From positions 1 to 57,058 of the IMG/VR virus record IMGVR_UViG_3300032236_000596: a stretch of DNA of 57,058 bases. The stretch is one strand, 5' to 3'. The translations under genes were made by a program, and so were the position numbers. Positions 16,320 through 25,063 of this stretch are shown here, in pieces. Each line of letters starts with the position of its first letter. Position 1 is the stretch's first letter. The stretch comes from a virus. Taxonomy: Duplodnaviria > Caudoviricetes. Under the pieces are notes generated by a model. The model saw nothing but the letters and a program-made list of their open reading frames with translations. It made no database searches and was not told the DNA's origin.

Positions 16320-16853
16320 TTATCCCCAGGTTGGTTTCATATTACGCAGCTGCGACTGTCGCACCTGGTTCATCTGATAAGGCGAATCTGATTTAGCAAC
16401 TGGGCCGGCCTTACCGTCGTTTGGTAGGTGCGGCGCTGGTGCTAGTTTAATATTTGGCGCGTAACGTGGAACTGGCATACCCTGTCGGGCGGCCGCCATC
16501 TGGCGCTTGATGCCCCGGTCTGCGGTCAGACCAGTAGGCAGGTAGTAATCGTTCTGGTCGATGCGCTCACCACGGTGGACGCCGCGCTGGTATCCGCGCT
16601 GGGTCTGGCGGACCTTCAGGCCCTGCATTACCTGCTCAGATACGCTATTAGGGCGGCCGCGGTCATCGCGGCGGGTGCGGATTGTGCCTAGGTAACCGTC
16701 TGGATATTCTGCAGATGGTTCGCGGCCCACGCCCATACGTAGGTAATCGAGCTCAGAACGAGCAACAGCCGTGCCACCGCCACCGTAGTTGGTATAAGTA
16801 CCGTATAGGCCGTTAGCGCCTAGGGACTGTATATTCTGGTGGGTGGCTGGCAT
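16320..16853 (-). CDS. Arg-rich hypothetical protein
   Basis: Packed operon; EYPDGYLG. Confidence 0.75.
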   Translation of the reverse strand: MPATHQNIQSLGANGLYGTYTNYGGGGTAVARSELDYLRMGVGREPSAEYPDGYLGTIRTRRDDRGRPNSVSEQVMQGLKVRQTQRGYQRGVHRGERIDQNDYYLPTGLTADRGIKRQMAAARQGMPVPRYAPNIKLAPAPHLPNDGKAGPVAKSDSPYQMNQVRQSQLRNMKPTWG

Positions 16854-16870
16854 ATCACCAGTTTATTAAC

Positions 16871-17890
16871 TTATTTAGGTAATTGCGCCCTAAACTCACG
16901 GCCCATAAATACGGCCCACTCGTCAATAATTGGCACTGATAGCAGGGTGAATTCGCCGCTGTCTTTGTACCAGGCGAATCCAATACCCTGCTGCCAGTTC
17001 TCCCAGTACTTTACTGGCGTCTCGTTTGGCGTTACGCCGCCCTTAACGCTAGGTACTGAGCCATCTACTCGGCACAGGCATCCAGGGCTGAACGCTGCGT
17101 TTCTAGCGGGGCCCGTGCTCGTATGGTTTGTGTGGTACAGCATCTCAATACGGTGGATGTGCCCGTAAATAACAGACACGTGGTGGTTGGAATTAATGTA
17201 TTTCATCGCCGTGCTACCGCTGGAATTTACGCGGTCGCCGTGGATGCAACGCAGGTTCTCGTTCAGCCAGTACTCGCCCGCTGGGTATCCGCTTGCGTAC
17301 ACGATGTTCAGCTCGTCCATGCGCAGCAGGTGCGGCAGGCTGTTGACTGGGTGTGCATCTGGCGTCTCTCCAGCACGGCGCATGTTGGCTACGGCTGGGG
17401 CGTTCTCCGACAGGTACTTATAAATACGGCAGTCGTGGTTTCCTTCTAGGAATACGATTTCCGCATCTGGCACTGTGGCTCGCTGTTGGGCCAGGTACTC
17501 GTACGCGCGCTGAATGGCGATGTTGGTCGAGTTTTGGAACGCGATTTCCTGGTGGTGTCGGCTCTGCGCTGGCAGGTCTAGGGTGTCCCCTAGGTTTACA
17601 ATTGTGTCCACTCCGAACTGCTCATTTGCGTATGCCACTATTTGCATTGCGATATCAATGGCGCGCTCGTCATGGAACTCTATTACGGAACCGTCTTCGT
17701 AAACACGGTACCCAATCTGTGTGTCTGGCAATAGGGCCGCCAGTTTCCAGCCGTCGTTCTTCTTCGGCTTACTAATGGTTGATGGCTTAATTACCATCTT
17801 CTCAGCCTGCTTTGCAACTGGCTTAGGGTCGTAAGGGTCTTGCTCTAGGGCCTTACGCAGTAGTTCGGCTAGGCTTTGGGACATGCGCAT
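16871..17890 (-). CDS. Calcineurin-like metallophosphoesterase
   Basis: PDTQ, LGDTLD, GNHD, HGD and GHIHR motifs. Confidence 0.85.
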   Translation of the reverse strand: MRMSQSLAELLRKALEQDPYDPKPVAKQAEKMVIKPSTISKPKKNDGWKLAALLPDTQIGYRVYEDGSVIEFHDERAIDIAMQIVAYANEQFGVDTIVNLGDTLDLPAQSRHHQEIAFQNSTNIAIQRAYEYLAQQRATVPDAEIVFLEGNHDCRIYKYLSENAPAVANMRRAGETPDAHPVNSLPHLLRMDELNIVYASGYPAGEYWLNENLRCIHGDRVNSSGSTAMKYINSNHHVSVIYGHIHRIEMLYHTNHTSTGPARNAAFSPGCLCRVDGSVPSVKGGVTPNETPVKYWENWQQGIGFAWYKDSGEFTLLSVPIIDEWAVFMGREFRAQLPK

Positions 17891-18108
17891 ACGCCTCTCA
17901 TGTGGGCTCTAAACGCAGTCATTTTAAATGGCACGTCAGTGTGCGATGTAATTAGTAGGTATGCGTTCTTTAAATTTAGCGTTGCCTTTTTACGCAACTC
18001 AGTAAACACTTCTTGCAGGTCCGAGTCCTGGGCAAATACCCACTGTCCGACTACGCAGCCTTTGTGGTCTGGCCCACTGGCTAACGCCCGCAGTTCGTCA
18101 ATTAGCAT
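17869..18108 (-). CDS. Hypothetical protein
   Basis: ATG at 18108 after an AGGAGA SD; overlaps the phosphoesterase start. Confidence 0.65.
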   Translation of the reverse strand: MLIDELRALASGPDHKGCVVGQWVFAQDSDLQEVFTELRKKATLNLKNAYLLITSHTDVPFKMTAFRAHMRGVCACPKA

Positions 18109-18204
18109 GTCTCTCCTAAGTAATGCTGTTGATGTGTTTACTGTATCACACAGCATCGCGATTGTACACAATATCTCGCGAGTATTTATTTACGCCCAGG
18201 AAGC

Positions 18205-18228
18205 AAAAAACCCGCCATCTCTGGCGGG
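18205..18228 (-). terminator. Intrinsic terminator
   Basis: cccgcca-N4-tggcggg followed by T6 on the - strand. Confidence 0.75.
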
Positions 18229-18246
18229 CTCTTTGAAGGGCTATTG

Positions 18247-18561
18247 CTAGTTGTGGTCTACAATACCCGAGTCGAAGTTTGGCTTCGTGCGGTTGACTGC
18301 AGCGGTGAACAGGCGACCGTTACCCTGAACTGGACCGATGTGTGGGTCTTTCCAGGCTGGCATGCTGGTACGGATACCGTACGATGCGCCAGTGCGGTGC
18401 TTTACGTTCTTGGTTGCAGGCTTTGCTTCAGTAGTAGGGTTACCGCTAGCGGTGTTGCCCTTCTTGACTAGCTTATTAGTGGTGCCCTGTGCCGATTCAT
18501 TTACGGCAGTAGTAGCAGCACTGTTTCCCATGGTTGGGAACTTGCTCTTTGGCTTGTCCAT
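18247..18561 (-). CDS. Basic hypothetical protein
   Basis: GAGGT SD; followed by a terminator. Confidence 0.7.
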   Translation of the reverse strand: MDKPKSKFPTMGNSAATTAVNESAQGTTNKLVKKGNTASGNPTTEAKPATKNVKHRTGASYGIRTSMPAWKDPHIGPVQGNGRLFTAAVNRTKPNFDSGIVDHN

Positions 18562-18615
18562 TATTTACCTCTTTGGCCTAAAGGGTGGATACTTCAACAG
18601 TACAGGGTTTTGGAC

Positions 18616-18897
18616 TTATTTTACGGACTTAACAGTAAAAATCATGGCGCTAATCTTGTCGCCTTTACTGTCAATTGAGGCGAAACCTGGGATGCAGACG
18701 ATACTAATGCCTCTAGGGGCGGTGTATCCACTGGCAATTGCAATCGCCTTTACGGTCTGGTTTACCGCTCCAGCGCCAATGGCGCGTAGGTTTACGGTCC
18801 CGTGCTCATAAATAGCGTGGGCAATCGCCGAGGCGACTGAAATCGGGCTGCTGCTTGCGCTGACGCGCAGGACGTTATCTTCTAGTGATTCAGACAT
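18616..18897 (-). CDS. spoVS: Stage V sporulation protein S (SpoVS) family
   Basis: LRVSASSSP.SVASAIA...AIGAGAVNQTVKAIAIA. Confidence 0.88.
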   Translation of the reverse strand: MSESLEDNVLRVSASSSPISVASAIAHAIYEHGTVNLRAIGAGAVNQTVKAIAIASGYTAPRGISIVCIPGFASIDSKGDKISAMIFTVKSVK

Positions 18898-18976
18898 TAA
18901 ATACCTTGTTGTTAGTTGATTCTCCCGATACTAACACTATAAAGGTATTCAGGCCCAGGATTTGTGGTAAATGGCC

Positions 18977-19366
18977 TTATTTTTCTGGCCAGTTACCGTC
19001 CAATACCATCAGGCCGATGACCGCATAATTGGCTAGGTCTAGGAAGCTGTCGCGCAGGCTCTCGTTATCTGGGGCCTTGCCGCTGTCTACGAGGTGGTTG
19101 ATGCGGGCCAGCTTGTCCCACATACGTACGCGTAGGCCGTTCAGCGGACTGCCAGGGGCCTGTGCGATGTTCTTTGGTCCGTAGTCTGCGTGCTTGCGTA
19201 GCAGGAGGTCCTTGAGCTCCTGGTACTTGTGCTGTAGGGCGTCCTCAAACTGGGTGTCCTTGCTTCCACGGATGCTGGTCAAGGTTACTGGCGCTACCGA
19301 GTTAAGGTCGCCTAGTGGGCGGGGGTCCTGTGGCTCAGACATTGGGATTGTCCACTCTTCTGACAT
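18977..19366 (-). CDS. Nucleotide-modification-associated domain 1 (DUF1599/Nmad1) protein
   Basis: KHADYG, RMWDKLARI and ESLRDSFLDLANYAVI. Confidence 0.8.
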   Translation of the reverse strand: MSEEWTIPMSEPQDPRPLGDLNSVAPVTLTSIRGSKDTQFEDALQHKYQELKDLLLRKHADYGPKNIAQAPGSPLNGLRVRMWDKLARINHLVDSGKAPDNESLRDSFLDLANYAVIGLMVLDGNWPEK

Positions 19367-19521
19367 TAGATTTTTCCTTTTGGTTTTCGTGGTGTTGGTT
19401 TAGTTGGTGTTGATACTTCTCCGCTGTGGCACTCACAGATGCAGGTACGCTCTGGCGCGGTCTGTACTGGACAAGTGGTGTGGTGGCCTGTCAGACACCA
19501 GCCGCTAGGGAGCCTGCTCAT
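19366..19521 (-). CDS. Small Cys/His-rich protein (51 aa)
   Basis: SGWCLTGHHTTC...CICECH; coupled stop-start. Confidence 0.6.
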   Translation of the reverse strand: MSRLPSGWCLTGHHTTCPVQTAPERTCICECHSGEVSTPTKPTPRKPKGKI

Positions 19522-19772
19522 ACCCGGCAATAAAGAACGGGATACTGGTAACCAGTAGGAGCCCGCCGGCTGGATTAGTTGGGTCTAGAAACAGGCCTAG
19601 TACTCCAGTTAGCACCAGCGCTTTTCCTACTGCTCGTAGCATAAATCTAATCATCTACATACTCCTCAAACTCTTTGTCTGTTACAGGGCCTAGGAATAC
19701 GCCCAGCAGTAGTACTACAAAAAAGGCAACGGCGGCTATACCCATGAACAATAGCAGTGTCTGGATGGTCAT

Positions 19773-20363
19773 TTATTTCTCCCTGTATTTGGGGTCTTGT
19801 ATATTGTGATATATCTCGCGCTCGTATGTCAAGGCGCCTTTGCCAGCAACTAGGTGCGCTAGTGCGTACGAGTCAGCGGCGTTGTCGTCGTTAAACTCAA
19901 CGCCCCACTTCTTAAATACGTGCAGCAGGATTTGGTTCTTCTGCACGCCCGTGCCCTTGCCGGTCACATACTTCTTTAATACAGTCGGCGGGATAATATA
20001 TGGATACCGGCCGTGGTACTTGTGGAATAGGTCGCGCAGCTGCAGCTTTACGGCTGCTCCCAGTTCGCCGGCCATGTTGGCCATCTGTGAACCGAAGGCG
20101 TATCCTTCCATTGCTACGACTACGTCAGTTGCCCGTGCTGGTACGTGGGCGTCAATCAAGGTGCCCAGTTTCTCCGAAATATCTACCAGTCGGTCTACGC
20201 CGATTCCGTCGCCCTTGAACACGACTGTGCGGTAGGCGCCTGACTCTACGTCCATGAACGTGACGCCGAATCCCGAGTAGGACTGGTCAATGCCAATCGC
20301 TACCTTTTTTACCTTGTCAGTAAACCCTGGGCCGAACGTTTTAACCGTGGACTTCTTTGCCAT
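19773..20363 (-). CDS. RuvC-like Holliday junction resolvase
   Basis: IGIDQS, MEGYAFG, LKKYVTGKG and DNAADS. Confidence 0.85.
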   Translation of the reverse strand: MAKKSTVKTFGPGFTDKVKKVAIGIDQSYSGFGVTFMDVESGAYRTVVFKGDGIGVDRLVDISEKLGTLIDAHVPARATDVVVAMEGYAFGSQMANMAGELGAAVKLQLRDLFHKYHGRYPYIIPPTVLKKYVTGKGTGVQKNQILLHVFKKWGVEFNDDNAADSYALAHLVAGKGALTYEREIYHNIQDPKYREK

Positions 20364-20866
20364 TAGACATTGAACTTTCTACTACGGGTCTTGAAATTGT
20401 CGCCTGAGGTACGGCGGGTCAACTCACGGCTGCAGACGGCGCTGCTTCGCTCGCAGTTGTTCGCCATGGTCTCTAGCACCTTGCGGTAGGCATACTTGTT
20501 CATGTGCTCTTGCTTTAGGCCTTTGATACTGCTGTCTGAATCTACCATGGCCTTGAGGGCGGTTACGGTTGTCTTTGGATTGTCCGACTGCAAACGCAGC
20601 ATGGCCATCGACTCCTCGTAATCTACCTGGCGCTCCAGTTCTTTCTCGTCTACGATGGCGCACGACAACTGGGTGTTTACGAAGTCGCTGTAGGCCGAAA
20701 ACTGGGTGTACAGAATCATCAACTCTTCGTCTCCGAGGGCGGTGATATCTTCTGGCATGCTAGGGCGTGTCAGTTCGACCTCGCGGTCGATTGGCAGTCC
20801 CTGCTTGTCTAGTGAATCGAGGACGTACTTGCTTACGTCATCCGTGATTAGGGTGCTCTTACTCAT
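20363..20866 (-). CDS. Helical hypothetical protein (possibly UvsY-like mediator)
   Basis: Coiled-coil composition with an SRELTRR end; lies in the recombination cluster. Confidence 0.55.
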   Translation of the reverse strand: MSKSTLITDDVSKYVLDSLDKQGLPIDREVELTRPSMPEDITALGDEELMILYTQFSAYSDFVNTQLSCAIVDEKELERQVDYEESMAMLRLQSDNPKTTVTALKAMVDSDSSIKGLKQEHMNKYAYRKVLETMANNCERSSAVCSRELTRRTSGDNFKTRSRKFNV

Positions 20867-21737
20867 TAAATCCCTCGCATTGCTTGCACTTGTGCGCTCC
20901 ACCGACGTTGCAGTCTGGCGCAATATTCTTACTCAATGACTCTACCACGAGTTTGGCACCATCGATAATATGCTGGATGGCCCAGGTGTCTCGGCGGACG
21001 ATAAACTCCTTGACCGCCTGCGTTGGCTTTGCCTCGTACAGGACGACGGCCTCGTTAGGAACGTCTGTAACTCCCGCTAGGTTTAGCACTTCCATGTACA
21101 ACTGAATCTGGGCGATGTGCGACTCGAACGGCGAGGTTAGGTTCTTCCACGCAGTGTCGAAGTTCTGCTCGTTGGCGAACCACGCGCCCTTGTCTAGCCA
21201 CATAAATGTACCAGCACCCACCGACTTAATCTCAAGCATCAGGTCGTCGCCGAATCCCTTGAGCCAGCCATCCGAGTGACCAGTAATCATCAGCTCGTCT
21301 AGCTGGATTGGCACCTCTCGGTACTTCAGCGCGGTGCTGTCGCACGATGGGCAGTTAGATGGGCTCAGTGCCATCCAGTAGTGCTTACACGCCTTGCACT
21401 GCCAAGCGCCGTACAAGGTACCCATCTCCCAGAACCAGGTCTGCCACGTGTCGTGGATGGCGTGGCCCTGCGCGAAAATCAATTCGCTGCTGAACTTGCG
21501 TGGGGATGGGACTGGGTGATTACCCTTGAGGTGGAAGTACGATGCGCGGTGGCACCAGAACTTACTCACAATGGCCGATGGGTGTAGCCCGTCAAATGAC
21601 CGTGAGTTGTCTACGGGCTTGGACAGAACGTGGCGTTCTACCTTACCTATCACGCGGGTATTTGACTTGCCCGCGTCTACGAAATCCTTTAACTTACCTT
21701 TTTGCAGTTTTTGCAGTGCGCCTGTTTTATTACTCAT
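20859..21737 (-). CDS. Cas4-like PD-(D/E)XK exonuclease
   Basis: HPSA..C.R, GHSDG, EIKS, QIQLY and terminal C..C..C. Confidence 0.8.
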   Translation of the reverse strand: MSNKTGALQKLQKGKLKDFVDAGKSNTRVIGKVERHVLSKPVDNSRSFDGLHPSAIVSKFWCHRASYFHLKGNHPVPSPRKFSSELIFAQGHAIHDTWQTWFWEMGTLYGAWQCKACKHYWMALSPSNCPSCDSTALKYREVPIQLDELMITGHSDGWLKGFGDDLMLEIKSVGAGTFMWLDKGAWFANEQNFDTAWKNLTSPFESHIAQIQLYMEVLNLAGVTDVPNEAVVLYEAKPTQAVKEFIVRRDTWAIQHIIDGAKLVVESLSKNIAPDCNVGGAHKCKQCEGFNE

Positions 21738-21760
21738 GCCGACGACACTAGCACACTTAT

Positions 21761-22150
21761 CTACGGTTGTCTACTCGCTTTTTTAGCAAGTTCTTCCAAG
21801 GTAGTTTTCTGGCGAATGGCCTTGCGCTTTAGGGCCGCGCGCTCGCGGTGGCTCATGCCGCCCCAGATGCCGTGGACGTAATCGTTCTTATCGGCAAACA
21901 GTAGGCACTGCATACGTACAGGGCACTCGTCGCGACCATCCTTACCAAAGCAGATAGCCTTGGCCTTGTCGGCGATTGGCTTGTATAGGTCTTTATCGCG
22001 GGGAGGGAACCAGAGGTCTGGTGGGTACACATTCTGCGGAGGCTTGGTGCCCTCGACGGTCTCAGCGCATTTACCCTTTGTCATCCAGTCATTAGACTGC
22101 GAGTAAAAGTTGTCGTCTCCGGTGGACGTTGGTTCGTAAGGTGAATGCAA
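21761..22150 (-). CDS. whiB: WhiB-family transcription factor
   Basis: Four Cys (C, AKAIC, CPVRMQC) and GIWGG. Confidence 0.88.
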   Translation of the reverse strand: MHSPYEPTSTGDDNFYSQSNDWMTKGKCAETVEGTKPPQNVYPPDLWFPPRDKDLYKPIADKAKAICFGKDGRDECPVRMQCLLFADKNDYVHGIWGGMSHRERAALKRKAIRQKTTLEELAKKASRQP

Positions 22151-22171
22151 GTAAGCTCCGAAAAGTAGTGG

Positions 22172-22237
22172 TTACTCTTCGCCCGTGTGCTCCTCGATAC
22201 AGTGTAGCAGATGTTCTCTAATAGTCAAGAAGTCGTT
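22172..22237 (-). pseudogene. Stranded original 3' end of the 22718-23065 nuclease gene
   Basis: Reads NDFLTIREHLLHCIEEHTGEE*, against the gene's present end NDFLTMREFIIECLENHTLGDK*. Confidence 0.75.
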
Positions 22238-22692
22238 TCTTCTGCAAACCGGCCACCCCATTGACCGCGCTCTTTTGTCCTAAGTCTGTGGCAATTAGCG
22301 CAAACTACCTCGCACTTGTCAATTTCTGCTTTAATAACTGACTTAGGTCTACGCATATTTACCAAACGAGGGACACCAGCTGACTTTATGTATTCAGGCA
22401 AATGGTCAAAATCCATAACATAAGGCGGGTATTTAACGCCACAGTCCGTGCAGGGAACATCTTTAAACGTATCTACCCAGTCGGCTAATGTGTGCCGTTG
22501 TTTACGCGCACTGTTATTAACTAATTTGGCATTTTTTCTGCCCCAGTCAGTATGAGCTTTAGTCAAACAGGTTCTGCAAGCTACGTGAAGGCCGGACCTG
22601 CCCTGTTTAATTTCTGAAGGGTAGTAAGGCCTAAAAAACTCTTCGGTGTTTGGCTTTTCTTCTTTGCATCGAGTGCATGTTTTTGTATTCAT
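22225..22692 (-). CDS. Free-standing HNH (homing) endonuclease
   Basis: CTDC, DFDH and CANCHR; N-terminal zinc finger; visibly AT-richer DNA. Confidence 0.85.
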   Translation of the reverse strand: MNTKTCTRCKEEKPNTEEFFRPYYPSEIKQGRSGLHVACRTCLTKAHTDWGRKNAKLVNNSARKQRHTLADWVDTFKDVPCTDCGVKYPPYVMDFDHLPEYIKSAGVPRLVNMRRPKSVIKAEIDKCEVVCANCHRLRTKERGQWGGRFAEETTS

Positions 22693-22717
22693 AAATACAT
22701 AATAGTATATTTATAAA

Positions 22718-23065
22718 TTACTTATCACCTAAAGTATGATTTTCTAAACACTCGATTATAAATTCTCGCATAGTCAGGAAATCATTTTCGTCTAAAATAC
22801 AGTAGTTGATGTCATTCAAACTTATGCCCAGAACCGGCGTTCTTCCGTCCAGAATGGCCTCAGTGGTAATCTTTTCCAGCACCTCGGACTTCATGGTAAA
22901 CGACTTTTTGCCGGTCCACTTGTGCTCAATTAGCAGGTCCTTGGACCGCACGTCGCCCTTGCGGTGCCAGAAGGCGCCGGAGGCAGCATTACGCTGACCT
23001 CCGACGGCCTTGGCTAGGCGCTTCTCGTGCTTTAGGGATTGCTTCTGGCCCTCTGATTTAGCCAA
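22718..23065 (-). CDS. Hjc-like PD-(D/E)XK resolvase/endonuclease
   Basis: HEKRLA, ASGA...GDV...IEHK. Confidence 0.7.
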   Translation of the reverse strand: MAKSEGQKQSLKHEKRLAKAVGGQRNAASGAFWHRKGDVRSKDLLIEHKWTGKKSFTMKSEVLEKITTEAILDGRTPVLGISLNDINYCILDENDFLTMREFIIECLENHTLGDK

Positions 23066-23252
23066 TCTTTAGCTCTTTCTTAACGAAGTTCCAGAAGTCG
23101 TCGTAGTCAAACGGCTCAGGAACTGGGCGTCGGTTCTGGTTAGGGTTGAACTTATCGCGGTTGGCGTGCATATAGCATCGCTTGCAATAGCCTTTCGCAT
23201 AGTGTTCTCCACCGCACTCTTGGCATGCTCTTACCGTACGTGGCCTAGCCAT
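23058..23252 (-). CDS. Small zinc-finger protein
   Basis: CQEC...AKGYCKRCY. Confidence 0.65.
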   Translation of the reverse strand: MARPRTVRACQECGGEHYAKGYCKRCYMHANRDKFNPNQNRRPVPEPFDYDDFWNFVKKELKIG

Positions 23253-24268
23253 TATGCTCCTAGGCGTAGGGTACCCAGCACGTCCTTTTGCAGGACTTCC
23301 TGCAGGTCTACCTCTTCACGGATAGATGCAACCAACGCATCCGCGCCCTGCCACTGGCGGTCAGCGTAGCGGTAGTAGGCACCTGCTCTGGTAATAATCT
23401 TGTTGATAATACCGAGGGCCACAATCTCCTTGGCGTAGTCGTAGTCTCCCTTGTCTACGCCGCCACCGTCGTCAAAGTAGAAGTCGGTGTAGGCTACCTG
23501 GCCTGGAGGGGCCGACTTGTTCTTACGAGTGGTGAACTTGATGGTCTGTCCGACCTTGTGCTTCTCCTGGCCAGTGCCTGCCTCAATCCACTCGTCGCGC
23601 TTAACTTCTACGCGGGTGAAGAAAAAGTAGTTCTTGGCCTCTCCACCTGGGGTGGTGCGAGGGTCGCCGTACATGACGCCAATCTTGGAACGCCACTGGT
23701 TAATAATTAGACCAACGAACGGGCGCTCTCCGCCGATGATGCTGCGCTTACCGGCCTTCTCCATCTTGCGGAAGAACTTGCCCATGAGCATGGCTCCACG
23801 ACCAACGGTGAACTCGTCCATTTCCTTCTCGTCCTCAGCAGTTGGGACTAGGGCAGGCAGCGAGTCGATGACCACGCAGTCTACCTCCTTGGTCTCAATA
23901 AACTCTAGGACGGCGCTTAGGGCGACCTCCATTACGTTAGAAGTAAATACGTGAACGCGCGACGAGTCTACGCCACACATCTCTGCGTACTCTGGTACCC
24001 ACTGCTCAGCAGCAATCCAGATGGTGGTGAAGTTAGGGTCCAACTTCTGGTTAGCGGCAATCGTCTTCAGGGCCAGCGCGGTCTTGCCGTTGCTTGCCTC
24101 ACCGATAATCTCGTGCCACTGGTTAGTTGGCCAGCCTCCGCCCAGAATCATGTCAAGCGACAATGACCCTGAGGTGAAGCGGGTAGGGGCAGCAACCTCC
24201 GAGGCTAGGACAATGGTGTTCTCGCCTAGCTTCTTGTTGATGTTTGCTAGAACCTTCTGAAGTGACAT
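23252..24268 (-). CDS. recA: RecA-like recombinase
   Basis: SGSLSLD.ILGGG.P, GEASNGKT, VIDSL, INQ.R.KIGVMYGDP.TTPGG. Confidence 0.95.
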   Translation of the reverse strand: MSLQKVLANINKKLGENTIVLASEVAAPTRFTSGSLSLDMILGGGWPTNQWHEIIGEASNGKTALALKTIAANQKLDPNFTTIWIAAEQWVPEYAEMCGVDSSRVHVFTSNVMEVALSAVLEFIETKEVDCVVIDSLPALVPTAEDEKEMDEFTVGRGAMLMGKFFRKMEKAGKRSIIGGERPFVGLIINQWRSKIGVMYGDPRTTPGGEAKNYFFFTRVEVKRDEWIEAGTGQEKHKVGQTIKFTTRKNKSAPPGQVAYTDFYFDDGGGVDKGDYDYAKEIVALGIINKIITRAGAYYRYADRQWQGADALVASIREEVDLQEVLQKDVLGTLRLGA

Positions 24269-24633
24269 TAGCCAAGCTTTCCGATAATGGTCTGTGGATT
24301 GAAGTTGTTTGCGGTGCTAATCTGCGTGGCCGCTACGGTGTTGCCGTTAGACGGCAGGTGTACGCCCGGCATACCAGTTCCTGACTGGGTAATTGGGTAT
24401 CCACAGTCGTAGCAACGTGGGCGTGACTCAGGCGTTGCACCGCCGTAGTTGCCGCTACCACAGGCTGGACAGCGGGAGGCCGTCATAGCGCTCTGTGGGA
24501 GCACCTGAGGCTGCTGAGGGGCCTGTGGGACCGGCTGAGGCTGGTATACAGGGCGCTGGTAAGGCGCTAACTGCTGGGACTGCTGTGGAGGCTGCTGGCC
24601 GTTTAGTTTATTGGTCCACCATGAATTACTCAT
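24268..24633 (-). CDS. Gln/Pro-rich zinc-ribbon protein
   Basis: CPACGSGNY...CYDCGYP. Confidence 0.75.
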   Translation of the reverse strand: MSNSWWTNKLNGQQPPQQSQQLAPYQRPVYQPQPVPQAPQQPQVLPQSAMTASRCPACGSGNYGGATPESRPRCYDCGYPITQSGTGMPGVHLPSNGNTVAATQISTANNFNPQTIIGKLG

Positions 24634-25063
24634 CTGGGTCTCCTACTCCGGTGAGGGTTCCCTCGCCATGTACTACCCCGAGCTCTATTGCGCCCGAGAA
24701 GGTTGTGATTAGTGCTGCCATTGCAATCTGGCGGTAGAACCGCATGATTTCATCGGCCTCTTTGTCTACCTTGTCCTTGACTAAGTCCGACAATGCGCCA
24801 ATCTCTGACTTCTGCATCTCAAAGATGTATTGTGCAGTCATATTAGCGTATAGGTTCAGGAAAGGCAATAGCCCATCCAGGCGGTCAGTTCTCGTCTCCG
24901 AGTCCTCGCGCTCTTTATCGTCACCCTCGTCGCTGACTGGCGTGAGGTTAAAGATGTCCACGTGCTTGTTTGGCTCGTCTGTGTGCATGTCATACATGAA
25001 CCAGCGGTATAGCGTGCTAAGCGGAACCTTGGTAAGCGCGCCGTCTTCTTCGTCGTGCCTCAC
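24626..25063 (-). CDS. Hypothetical protein
   Basis: Coupled to the polymerase stop. Confidence 0.7.
   Translation of the reverse strand: MRHDEEDGALTKVPLSTLYRWFMYDMHTDEPNKHVDIFNLTPVSDEGDDKEREDSETRTDRLDGLLPFLNLYANMTAQYIFEMQKSEIGALSDLVKDKVDKEADEIMRFYRQIAMAALITTFSGAIELGVVHGEGTLTGVGDPDE

Noticed and set aside
20859-21737. Cas4 as evidence of a CRISPR-Cas system
   Set aside because: It is a solo Cas4-like nuclease in a recombination cluster, with no other cas genes or array.
22172-22800. Group I intron around the HNH gene
   Set aside because: There is no room for a ribozyme core, and the upstream gene has its own intact stop.
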